Shown here: piece after piece, positions 33,857 through 41,806 of the stretch
How positions within the stretch are numbered: the stretch's first letter is position 1
Layout: every line of letters starts with the position of its first letter
DNA from: Candidatus Omnitrophota bacterium
GTDB lineage: Bacteria; Omnitrophota; Omnitrophia; Omnitrophales; JACQLI01
Direction of reading: 5' to 3'
NCBI GenBank assembly: GCA_016179745.1
Contig: JACPCP010000013.1
Location: 35,344-99,343, forward strand
DNA: 64,000 bases
The notes under the pieces: generated by a model
The model's database searches: none
What the model was told of the DNA's origin: nothing
Seen by the model: the letters and a program-made list of their open reading frames with translations, nothing else
Position numbers and translations under genes: made by a program

Positions 33857-35250
33857 AGAAGCGGCGTTTGGAGGGTCCGCATGAGATACAAAATCCGTTC
33901 GCTCTGCCGGACCGGTGCGGCTTTTTCGATCGCAAAGTAACGGCTGAAGGCCGCCTCAAAGGAGGCACGATCGTAATGCGGAAAAATGTCGTCCCTTGAG
34001 AGAAAAAGGCGCTTCACCTGACTGTCTGATTTTGGAACGAATTCAATCACGAGAAACCGTGACAGCCGGGCGAAAAACCCGGCAATTCTTTCCAGAGGAA
34101 GATGGTTCGAAATGGCCAGATGATGAACCAGGGCGAGGGCCAAAACAAGGTCCGCCGGCCCCCTTTGGGCAAAAGACCGCCTCTCCTCATGCCCCCATCC
34201 CAGAGCCGGCGTCGGATTGCCCAAATCCAATAAAAGGGGAAGGACATTTTTTTCGGCCCTGCCTCGGCATTCGAGGTAATTTTTCTCCACAGCCAGAGGA
34301 TCGATATCCCAGGCCACGGTCGGGATACCCCGCTCTCCTGAAATCCGGCTGAAAAAACCGGTATTGGCCCCCAGGTCCCAAACGGAAGCCGGTTTCGCCT
34401 GACTTAGAAAATCAGCCACAAGATCTTTTTTGTGTTCAAACGCCGGCTCGGAATAATTCGTAGCTTGATAGTAATCTCCCCATTCGGTCCTGCCCGGTTT
34501 CCAATTCAGCCGGCGGACCGCCTTCTCAAGGCTCTCGATCAAGCCAAGAAAGGCAAGGCGTGAAAACTTTCCGGTCTCTTCTTTAATGGGCCGGTCCGCA
34601 AAGCGCTGCTGGCTCCTGGCGTGCAGGTGGAGATGAATCAAAAGCCCGAAATCAAGCCGGGAGCGCCAGGGAAGCAGGCGGCTTGCCAGATCCAGGGGTA
34701 TCCCGTCAAGATAAACCCGGCCCAATTGATTCAAGCGGATGTCCCGATAGCTCATGAGGGCAAGCGGCGCCAAAAAGTGCTGGCAGAACTGGCGGTAAGC
34801 GACCCACGGACGGCCTTCTTCATAGGTCTTAAAAGAAAGCGTGTCAATCAAGACCGGCCGGCCGGTCCGGAACTGGATATTGAAGGCGTTGGCGTCCTTC
34901 AAAGACATTTTGTGTTCAAGCGCCGTTTTCTGGACCTCAAGCGTCAAGAGCGCCGCATCCTTCAGCTGGCTGAAGCCCCATTCAAAAGGATAGGAAATGA
35001 AAGCGATCTGTTCCGGCCGCATGACCTTGTAAACCGGACCCTGCAAACCCTTCTCCTCGGTCTCCTCATGGGGAATCAAAAGTCCCCTCTCCGCAAGCTT
35101 CTGATAAAGCCCGGACCGGATCAGGCAGTCGTAATCCTCTTTATAGGAAAGGTTGACCTGGCGAAAAAGAGCGCCGTTCCGGTAAAAAAGAAAGCCGCTG
35201 GGGTCACGAAAGGACCCCGCTTCTTTTTGATCAGCCGAGAGTTTTTCCAT
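33853..35250 (-). CDS. Class I SAM-dependent methyltransferase with large N-terminal domain
   Basis: C-terminal motif I VWDLGANTGFFS and LVLALALVHHL. N-terminal SFRDPSGFLFYRNGALFRQV. I prefer ATG 35250 (MEKLSAD) over the track start 35343. Confidence 0.7.
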   Translation of the reverse strand: MEKLSADQKEAGSFRDPSGFLFYRNGALFRQVNLSYKEDYDCLIRSGLYQKLAERGLLIPHEETEEKGLQGPVYKVMRPEQIAFISYPFEWGFSQLKDAALLTLEVQKTALEHKMSLKDANAFNIQFRTGRPVLIDTLSFKTYEEGRPWVAYRQFCQHFLAPLALMSYRDIRLNQLGRVYLDGIPLDLASRLLPWRSRLDFGLLIHLHLHARSQQRFADRPIKEETGKFSRLAFLGLIESLEKAVRRLNWKPGRTEWGDYYQATNYSEPAFEHKKDLVADFLSQAKPASVWDLGANTGFFSRISGERGIPTVAWDIDPLAVEKNYLECRGRAEKNVLPLLLDLGNPTPALGWGHEERRSFAQRGPADLVLALALVHHLAISNHLPLERIAGFFARLSRFLVIEFVPKSDSQVKRLFLSRDDIFPHYDRASFEAAFSRYFAIEKAAPVRQSERILYLMRTLQTPLL

Positions 35251-35407
35251 CTCTTCTGTTTTTGGAAAAGAGACGGGTAAAAAATCCGGCCAGGTTTCTC
35301 CAAAAAGATTTAACGGTAAACGAGGCGGCGAGGAGCCCCGCAATGAGAAGCTGGAGGAGATAACTCCCGCTCCCGGGGTCCAGATAGGCGATCACAAACC
35401 ACTTCAT
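35231..35407 (-). CDS. Small (58 aa) single-TM protein, unknown function
   Basis: ATG 35407..35405 overlaps the upstream stop TGA 35406..35404. MKWFVIAYLDPGSGSYLLQLLIAGLLAASF. Its 3' end overlaps the next gene by about 20 nt. Confidence 0.4.
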   Translation of the reverse strand: MKWFVIAYLDPGSGSYLLQLLIAGLLAASFTVKSFWRNLAGFFTRLFSKNRRDGKTLG

Positions 35408-36030
35408 TGAAACACTCCTTTCTTCTGGGGTGTGAAGACGATTTCCATCCCGTAACAGGGAATGAAATAACAAAGATTTTCCTCATAAAATTCCTGAAGC
35501 CAGGTATTCAGGTTGATAAATTTCTCAAAAAGCTTCTTCAGAAAATTGACGCCGTGGAAGGTGGACTGGAAAATGAGGCGCTGCGACAGGATGCGGATAC
35601 GGACGTCCGTATAAAAATTCGGCACTTTCCGCTTGAGCTGGTTTTTCTCCTCCGCAAAATAGTAAAAGGTATAAAGCCCCATGAAACGGGTGTGGGTATA
35701 ATCGGAATAATAGTAGGGGTTGGAAAAATGGGGGACGAAAAGATAATTTTTCCCGCCGGGCTTCAGGACCCGGACAATCTCCCGCATGAAAAACTCAAGA
35801 TTTTCCACGTGTTCAAACAGGCTCTTTGAATGGATTTCATCGACCGAATTGTCCGGCAGGTAGGGAAAGCCCTCGTTCACGTCGGCCACAATGTCCACAC
35901 CCGGGAGGTCGAGGCGGTCAATCCCAATCCTCCCCTCTTGCTTGGCGGGTCCCGAGCCCAGTTCCAGAACCAGTTTTTCTTTCCTCAGCAGGCGTTCGCT
36001 GAGATCAATTTTGAATTTTGGCGGCATCAA
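35404..36030 (-). CDS. Class I SAM-dependent methyltransferase (Methyltransf_11-like)
   Basis: VLELGSGPAKQEG..IGIDR, DEIHSKSLFEHVEN, LKPGGKNYLFVPH. Confidence 0.8.
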   Translation of the reverse strand: MMPPKFKIDLSERLLRKEKLVLELGSGPAKQEGRIGIDRLDLPGVDIVADVNEGFPYLPDNSVDEIHSKSLFEHVENLEFFMREIVRVLKPGGKNYLFVPHFSNPYYYSDYTHTRFMGLYTFYYFAEEKNQLKRKVPNFYTDVRIRILSQRLIFQSTFHGVNFLKKLFEKFINLNTWLQEFYEENLCYFIPCYGMEIVFTPQKKGVFQ

Positions 36031-37816
36031 TGTTCGCTTTAAGGGCCAGCAGTTTTTCCGCAGCCTCGATCACCCGCTCAAGCGGAATCGAACTCATACA
36101 ATCAGGCACCACCTTGGGACAGTGGTCCGGATACTTCATCCGGCCGTCGGGCCAGCATCCCCGGCATTTTAGCTCCGAATAGATCGGAATAAAATGGGGC
36201 TGTTCGGGATATAAAAGCGAGGGATCCAGGGGGCCGTAGAGTCCGACGGCAGGCACTCCCACGGCCACGGCCAAATAAAGGGGGCCCGAATCGTTTCCTA
36301 CAAAAAGATGGCACTCGGTGAGGAGCGCTACCATTTCCCGCAAAGTGGTTTGTCCGATGAGATTGATTCCGACAGGAAGGGGCCGGCCGTCTTTGCCGCT
36401 CACCCAGACCTCTGCCCGATGAGTCTTAATAAAGTATTCGGCCAAACGAATCCAATTTTCTCTCGGCCACCTTTTGGCAAGCCATCCCACTTCGGGGCAA
36501 AGCACGATCCGGAGGTCCGAGTTCCCTGAAAACCATTTCTTTCTGACCTGTCGAATCTCCTCGTCCTTCACATAAACTTTCGGGAGGGACCAGCGATCAA
36601 GGCCGGCAAACCCGGAAAGATAATCCGCCCTCGGCCGGTTTCTCACCTCTTGATGGAGATTCACAACCAGATCGGGATCAAAACGGTTCCCTGCGTTTAT
36701 TGAATCCACAAAGGGGTTGCCTTGGACAAGTTCGGGGTAACGGACCTCGGCATCGATCGCCGAGTGGGGATATTTTTCTTTTAAACCTTGATAGACCGGG
36801 GACGCAATCACTTCATCGCCGATATTCCAATCGACCCGCACCCGGATCTTGAGACGGTTTCCCGTCCCCCGTTTGAGCCAAAACCGGATTTTCCTCCTCA
36901 CGGCAGAACAGCCATCCAAAATCTTTCGTCCTCTCCGGACGAACACGTTTTCCTTCATCAATGAAAATTCCCGCCGGCCCCGTTTTCCTTTGAGGAAATC
37001 AACCCAGCCCCACACCATTCCCCGAAAGGCCTCCTGCTTTCCTCTCAAAAGATACGTAGGAAGGGTCCAGAACAAGGTCTGGAGAGACGTGGAGAAATAA
37101 AACTTCAGAAAGCGTTCCGGTGAAGCCTGTTTCTGGACGAAATAAAGACGGTTACGGGTTTGATAATAAGTGCGGGTCGTTGAATTGTCGCAACGCTCAT
37201 TAGGGGGGCCATGCCAAGCCCGGCTTTCGGGAACGGCCTGCTCCACATAGCCTGCCTGAGACAATCTCAAAAGCCAATCGGCGTCGTCAAAAAAAATAAA
37301 ATAATCCGGATCGAGATACCCTGCCTTCTTTACGGCCTCCATTCGAAGCAAACAAATCCCCAAGGGAGAACGGGTAATTTCCGAACCTATTTCTTCCAGC
37401 GTTGTTCCACGGACGGGCCAGATTTGATCCCTTTTATCGGCATGAAAAACCCGGGGAAAGGCAGCGCCGATCTTGGGATTTCTCTCACAGGCCTCAACCA
37501 ATAAGGACAGGACCCCCGGGTCCGGTTCTCCGTCATTTTCCACGATGAACAAATAGTCTGCTCCGGCCTCGAAGGCAAAACGGAATAGGCTGTTGATCCC
37601 TTCGCCGAAACCAAAATTTTCACGGTGGCGGATCACGTGTGCCTCGGGAAAGCTTTGTCTCAACGTCTCTACCGTGCCGTCGGTGGAGTGGTTGTCCACG
37701 ACCACGAGGGTAAGACCGGGGTAGTCGAGCTTTGAAATCGACTTGAACCAGCGGAATACCCTTTCTTTTTGGTTCCACGTCAGGGTGCCAACAACAACTT
37801 TTTGTTTTTGAGCCAA
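36005..37816 (-). CDS. Fusion protein: GT2 glycosyltransferase + GT9 (heptosyltransferase-like) domain
   Basis: N-domain has VVVGTLTWNQKE..LTLVVVDNHSTDGT, FGFGEGIN and FFDDADW. C-domain has LIGQTTLREMVALLTECHLFVGNDSGPLYLAVAVGVPAVGLYGP (GT9 signature). I prefer TTG 37816, with TAGGAGAG 5 nt upstream spanning the upstream stop at 37829..37827. Confidence 0.8.
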   Translation of the reverse strand: MAQKQKVVVGTLTWNQKERVFRWFKSISKLDYPGLTLVVVDNHSTDGTVETLRQSFPEAHVIRHRENFGFGEGINSLFRFAFEAGADYLFIVENDGEPDPGVLSLLVEACERNPKIGAAFPRVFHADKRDQIWPVRGTTLEEIGSEITRSPLGICLLRMEAVKKAGYLDPDYFIFFDDADWLLRLSQAGYVEQAVPESRAWHGPPNERCDNSTTRTYYQTRNRLYFVQKQASPERFLKFYFSTSLQTLFWTLPTYLLRGKQEAFRGMVWGWVDFLKGKRGRREFSLMKENVFVRRGRKILDGCSAVRRKIRFWLKRGTGNRLKIRVRVDWNIGDEVIASPVYQGLKEKYPHSAIDAEVRYPELVQGNPFVDSINAGNRFDPDLVVNLHQEVRNRPRADYLSGFAGLDRWSLPKVYVKDEEIRQVRKKWFSGNSDLRIVLCPEVGWLAKRWPRENWIRLAEYFIKTHRAEVWVSGKDGRPLPVGINLIGQTTLREMVALLTECHLFVGNDSGPLYLAVAVGVPAVGLYGPLDPSLLYPEQPHFIPIYSELKCRGCWPDGRMKYPDHCPKVVPDCMSSIPLERVIEAAEKLLALKANIDAAKIQN

Positions 37817-37826
37817 GGCAGCTCTC

Positions 37827-38618
37827 CTAGAAACAGGCCCGGTAGGCCAGTTCCGTCCCCCGGATCCAGCGTAGCGGTTTAAATTCGGGACGGGTTTTGT
37901 GAAATTCATTCAAGGCTTGAGTCACACCCGGGCAACCGTGGTAATCGTCCCACAGGATGATCCCCTTTCCGTTCTTTAAAAGCCTCAAGGCAATGAGCGA
38001 ATCATTCACGACATACTCGTAAGCATGGGAGGCATCCACGAAAACGAAATCCATCCGGTTAAAGTAGGGGCTGAAATCAAAAGTGGCGGTATCCCCGTAG
38101 AGTTGAGTGATTTTCTGGGCTTCGGGTTTGCCAAAAAATTGGCTGCCGGACCGGGCTTTGTCGGCTGTCCAGCGTTCGATTTTTTCCAGTTTAAATTTGG
38201 TGGCATGGATCTGCTCACGGGGCAGATCCAGAGTATAAATTTTCGCCTGTTCATTGGAATTCGCCGCCAGATTCAAGGTCGTCCGCCCGTCCAGTGTCCC
38301 CATCTCAAACAGGGCCTCCGGATTGAATTCCTTCACCAGCTGATCGATCACCCAAAGCTCGATCAAGGTCGTGCTCCCCTGCCGGAAAAGAGGTTCCGTG
38401 ATCCGGATGGGGTGATCCTTTTTCAAGATTTCAGAAACCTCGATCTGGGGAAGTAACGGCCTCACCTCCGGCCGGGCCTTGGGTTCGAGCCCGAAATGCC
38501 TCAGGATCGAAGAGATCAAGACCCGGTTCCGGCGGACGAAGAAGCCAAAAACAAAGACATAGATCATGCACGCCAGGGCCAGACAATATTCTTTAACAAA
38601 ACGGATTTTCCTAACCAC
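37827..38618 (-). CDS. Class I SAM-dependent methyltransferase (Methyltransf_24/O-MT-like) with N-terminal TM
   Basis: FEMGTLDGRTTLNLAANS, YTLDL, QLYGDTATFDF, FVFVDASHAYEYV. The start is either GTG 38618 (GGAGG 4 nt upstream) or ATG 38567. The track start 38909 lies inside the Wzx gene. Confidence 0.7.
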   Translation of the reverse strand: MVRKIRFVKEYCLALACMIYVFVFGFFVRRNRVLISSILRHFGLEPKARPEVRPLLPQIEVSEILKKDHPIRITEPLFRQGSTTLIELWVIDQLVKEFNPEALFEMGTLDGRTTLNLAANSNEQAKIYTLDLPREQIHATKFKLEKIERWTADKARSGSQFFGKPEAQKITQLYGDTATFDFSPYFNRMDFVFVDASHAYEYVVNDSLIALRLLKNGKGIILWDDYHGCPGVTQALNEFHKTRPEFKPLRWIRGTELAYRACF

Positions 38619-40056
38619 CTTTCCTCCAGTGAGAAAGATAACTCGTTGCCTGTTGCCACCTGAGAATTCGAAAGGCCAAAAGCAAGAGGCCGTAGATGGC
38701 GACCCCCAAAAGGATATCCAGCAATACCGGCAGATGGGTAAGAGACCTCCACCCCGCAAAGATCGCCAGGAAGACCGCATTGACGAGGGCTGCCTGCCCC
38801 GCTTCGGGCCACGGGATGGGAAGACGGATCCGGGGATCCCGAACGGCATAAAAGAAAGTAAACGCCACCCCCACAAAAGCCCCGATGACGGTTGCAACAG
38901 CCGCACCATTATAACTGTAACGGGGGATCAAAATTAAATTGAGACCGATGTTGGCAATCACCTGCGCCAGGGAGATCCAGGCATCCGCCATTTGTCTCCC
39001 GCCGGCAATCAAGAGATTGGCAAGAAGGCAGCCGAGAAACGCAAACAAGTTATACCAGAGAAGGATCCTGAGCGTCACGGCCGAGGGGGCGTAAGCGGCG
39101 CCAAAAAGGAAAACCGTAAGCTCGGAGGCTACGAGGTTGCCCCCCATGGCGATCGGCAGCCCGAGAAGAAGCAGCAACTTGAATCCCCTCGAGACCGTTC
39201 TCTCGAAAGAGATACGGTCTTCTTTAATGTAACGTGACAGAAGCGGGAAAAGGGAGACCAAAAGCGCAGTTGCGATGATATCGAGGGCTTCCGTCAGGCG
39301 GACCGCCACACTGTAGTAACCCACGTCAAGGAAACTTTTCATCTTTGACAGCATGAAGACATCGATCCGGTAATAAAGGAGCGTCAGGTAGCTGGAGGCA
39401 AGAAGCGGCGCCGACTGACCGAGGAGTCTCCAGATCAACGCCGGGTCAGGGCGGAACTCGAGACGGATAAAGCGCCGGGTATAAAAGGCGAATCCGCCCA
39501 GGGCCAGAAATCCGCTGGCGAGATAGGCCAAGATGAAGGATAGGATGGCAGGCTTGAGAAAAACTGCCGCCGCTACAAATCCGAGGTTTAAGAGATTACG
39601 AATCAGATTCCAAACGGCCGGGTAAATCACCTTGAGCTGGACCCGGTAAATGGTCTCAAGCGCCGCCTGCAGGGTCAGGAAAAGCTGAAAACTCGCCAAG
39701 ACCACTCCCTGCCGGACCTCCATCGGATAACCCAACCATCGAATGAGCGCCCAGGCGACAGGAAGGGCCAGGAAACAAAAAATCAGGCGAAAAAGAAGGG
39801 CGTTGCCCAGGATCCGGGACGCTTCCTCGGGCTTCTGAGTCACTTCCTTTGTAAGGATGGCATTGGAACCAAACTGAACGAGGATTTCGAAAAAGGAAAG
39901 ATAGACGTAAACAAAGCTGAATTGGCCATACGCCTCCCCCGACAGGGAACGGACAATCCAAAGGGCAGTGATAAACTTGAGAAGCCGGGAAACGACGTTC
40001 CCGCCGATGAAGACCGCACTATTATTAATCACTCGGAAAGTCGTTCGAGCGTCCAA
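38611..40056 (-). CDS. Wzx-like oligosaccharide flippase (MOP superfamily, polysaccharide biosynthesis protein family)
   Basis: 481 aa with about 12-14 TM segments. N-terminal INNSAVFIGGNVVSRLLKFITALWIVRSLSGEAYGQFSF is typical of the PST/Wzx family. Confidence 0.8.
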   Translation of the reverse strand: MDARTTFRVINNSAVFIGGNVVSRLLKFITALWIVRSLSGEAYGQFSFVYVYLSFFEILVQFGSNAILTKEVTQKPEEASRILGNALLFRLIFCFLALPVAWALIRWLGYPMEVRQGVVLASFQLFLTLQAALETIYRVQLKVIYPAVWNLIRNLLNLGFVAAAVFLKPAILSFILAYLASGFLALGGFAFYTRRFIRLEFRPDPALIWRLLGQSAPLLASSYLTLLYYRIDVFMLSKMKSFLDVGYYSVAVRLTEALDIIATALLVSLFPLLSRYIKEDRISFERTVSRGFKLLLLLGLPIAMGGNLVASELTVFLFGAAYAPSAVTLRILLWYNLFAFLGCLLANLLIAGGRQMADAWISLAQVIANIGLNLILIPRYSYNGAAVATVIGAFVGVAFTFFYAVRDPRIRLPIPWPEAGQAALVNAVFLAIFAGWRSLTHLPVLLDILLGVAIYGLLLLAFRILRWQQATSYLSHWRKGG

Positions 40057-40064
40057 GGCGGATC

Positions 40065-40319
40065 TTACGTTGAGACCGGATGCTTTTCCCGAATGATTTT
40101 TTGAATGGCCTCGACGCTCACCATCTCTTGGGCAAGTTCGGGAGAAATTTTCAGACCAAACTCTTCTTCTACGGCCAGGACAATATCAATGAAAGTGAGG
40201 GAGTCCCAGTTCTCAATATCTTCCATGCGAGTCTCCAAGCTAATCCTGGGGCGGTGCTCTTTGCCCAGAACCCGGCACAAAAGATTAAGGAGTTTCGGGT
40301 CAACGGCCGCAGGATTCAT
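40065..40319 (-). CDS. Acyl/peptidyl carrier protein (phosphopantetheine-binding)
   Basis: 84 aa. ENWDSLTFIDIVLAVEEEFGLKI contains the DSL Ser attachment motif with the helix II acidic pattern. Overlaps the upstream ligase gene by 20 nt. Confidence 0.8.
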   Translation of the reverse strand: MNPAAVDPKLLNLLCRVLGKEHRPRISLETRMEDIENWDSLTFIDIVLAVEEEFGLKISPELAQEMVSVEAIQKIIREKHPVST

Positions 40320-41502
40320 CTCTCAATCCTTGGGGCCAGGCGGACCTTTCCATCCCTTTCTGCGCATAAAGGGCATAGGCCAGGCGTTCATAGCCATATC
40401 CGGTGCAGCCGGAAAAAATCGGCTCGCATGATTTTCTCCTGATTTGATACGCTTCTGTTAAAGTCTCCTGATGATGATTGAAGGAAGCGACCGCAAGCCA
40501 GTCTTCGGCGTGCGGCAGATAAAGCTGCATTTCATATTTCAGCTTGAAAACCGTCTGATAGGCCCGCCGCTTTTCCGATCCTCCGGCAAAAAAGGCGTCG
40601 CTCGCTGTGATGACACGATATTTCAGCTTCCACTGATGGAAGAGCGCCTTCAAATGATCCAGCGTCCAGGTCCTCTCCGCTTCGACAAAATCCTGTGACC
40701 CGAAATAAATGATTTCCCGCATGGTAAAGGTCTGGAGGCGGTGAAGGCCGCCGACGCCCGCCCCTTCGTTCCGGTGACAGCGCCCGAGCGCCGTAAAAAG
40801 GGAAGTTTCCTTCTCAAGGGTTTGTCCACGCAGGCTTTCAAACGTGTGATAACAAACCGTGGGAGACAAAAGCCGGGTGTGATGAGAAGCAACGTCCTCC
40901 AAAGCGCCGTCAGAACTTAAATATTTTTGAGGGTCTCCGGCCAAACCTTCCACGAGTTCAAAATCATGATGAATGGAGCCAACCAAAAAAAGCTGGTGTG
41001 GGAAACCCGCTACATAGCCATTTTGAACCAGGCTCGTTACGGGAACGGTCGTAGGAACGCCTTGCTCAGCGGCACCTCTTCCGAGAGCCGCCTGATGGAA
41101 AATGCGGTCGAGCGCCTCAAGGTATTTCAAAAATTCTCCCTGATACACATAAATACCCGGCCCGACTTCAATCACCTGACGGTCCCGGGCCAGGACAGGA
41201 TAAGGATCTGAATGATTGAGAAGCTCTCCTTCTTCTTCGGTCACGACCTGGGGAACGGCTTTCTGAAAAGAACGTGAAGTCCGCTGCGCCAGACGCACCA
41301 CCTTTTCCTTGAAGCTGTCCGGATCAGAAGGAGGCTCTGAAAAATGGATCTCAATCTGATGGGAGGAACAGGAGACAGAGGCAATCTTTTCATCCATGAA
41401 ATAAACCTGGTCCCGGAGAAGCCGGAAGGCCTCCCCGGAAAGGGCAATTTCAGCCGGAATAGGGACTAGCAAGGCAAGGCTTTGCGGGGCCATCTTGTGC
41501 AT
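40300..41502 (-). CDS. Class II aminoacyl-tRNA-synthetase-like protein (SerRS-type catalytic core without tRNA-binding domains): candidate amino acid:[carrier protein] ligase
   Basis: Motif-2-like GRCHRNEGAGVGGLHRLQTFTMREIIYFG. Motif-3-like FSGCTGYGYERLAYALY. Candidate Zn ligands are C217, E263 and C366. The N-terminal ~100 aa are unassigned and the start is uncertain (ATG 41502 or 41397). Confidence 0.7.
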   Translation of the reverse strand: MHKMAPQSLALLVPIPAEIALSGEAFRLLRDQVYFMDEKIASVSCSSHQIEIHFSEPPSDPDSFKEKVVRLAQRTSRSFQKAVPQVVTEEEGELLNHSDPYPVLARDRQVIEVGPGIYVYQGEFLKYLEALDRIFHQAALGRGAAEQGVPTTVPVTSLVQNGYVAGFPHQLFLVGSIHHDFELVEGLAGDPQKYLSSDGALEDVASHHTRLLSPTVCYHTFESLRGQTLEKETSLFTALGRCHRNEGAGVGGLHRLQTFTMREIIYFGSQDFVEAERTWTLDHLKALFHQWKLKYRVITASDAFFAGGSEKRRAYQTVFKLKYEMQLYLPHAEDWLAVASFNHHQETLTEAYQIRRKSCEPIFSGCTGYGYERLAYALYAQKGMERSAWPQGLRDESCGR

Positions 41503-41806
41503 GACGGGGCATTATACGATCAATCCCGAACAAGCGCCACCAGATGGGTCCCGAGGAGGCGGTGTCTCCGTAAAGCTGGACGATTTTCCCCGCCTCCGCC
41601 CGGCCCGAGTAACGCAGCCCCGTCGCTTCTTTTTGAATCATCTCTTTTTCCCGCTCCTCCAGTTCAAACCGGGCTGAAGGCATTTGCCCTTTCGGAAGAT
41701 CGATCGTAAAGATGACTGAATCCTCAGGGCTGTTGGCCGAAAGATTCAGCGTGGTCCTTCCGTCAAAAGTCCCCATCTCAAATGGGAACCCTTCACTAAT
41801 TTCCAC
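41450..41806 (-). pseudogene. Internal fragment of a Methyltransf_24-like methyltransferase gene (remnant; the intact paralog is 37827..38618)
   Basis: Only about 75 codons (41558..41782) align: FEMGTFDGRTTLNLSANS..IFTIDLP..IVQLYGDTA versus FEMGTLDGRTTLNLAANS..IYTLDLP..ITQLYGDTA. It lacks the N-terminal ~150 aa and the C-terminal third (FVFVDASH motif absent). Confidence 0.65.
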
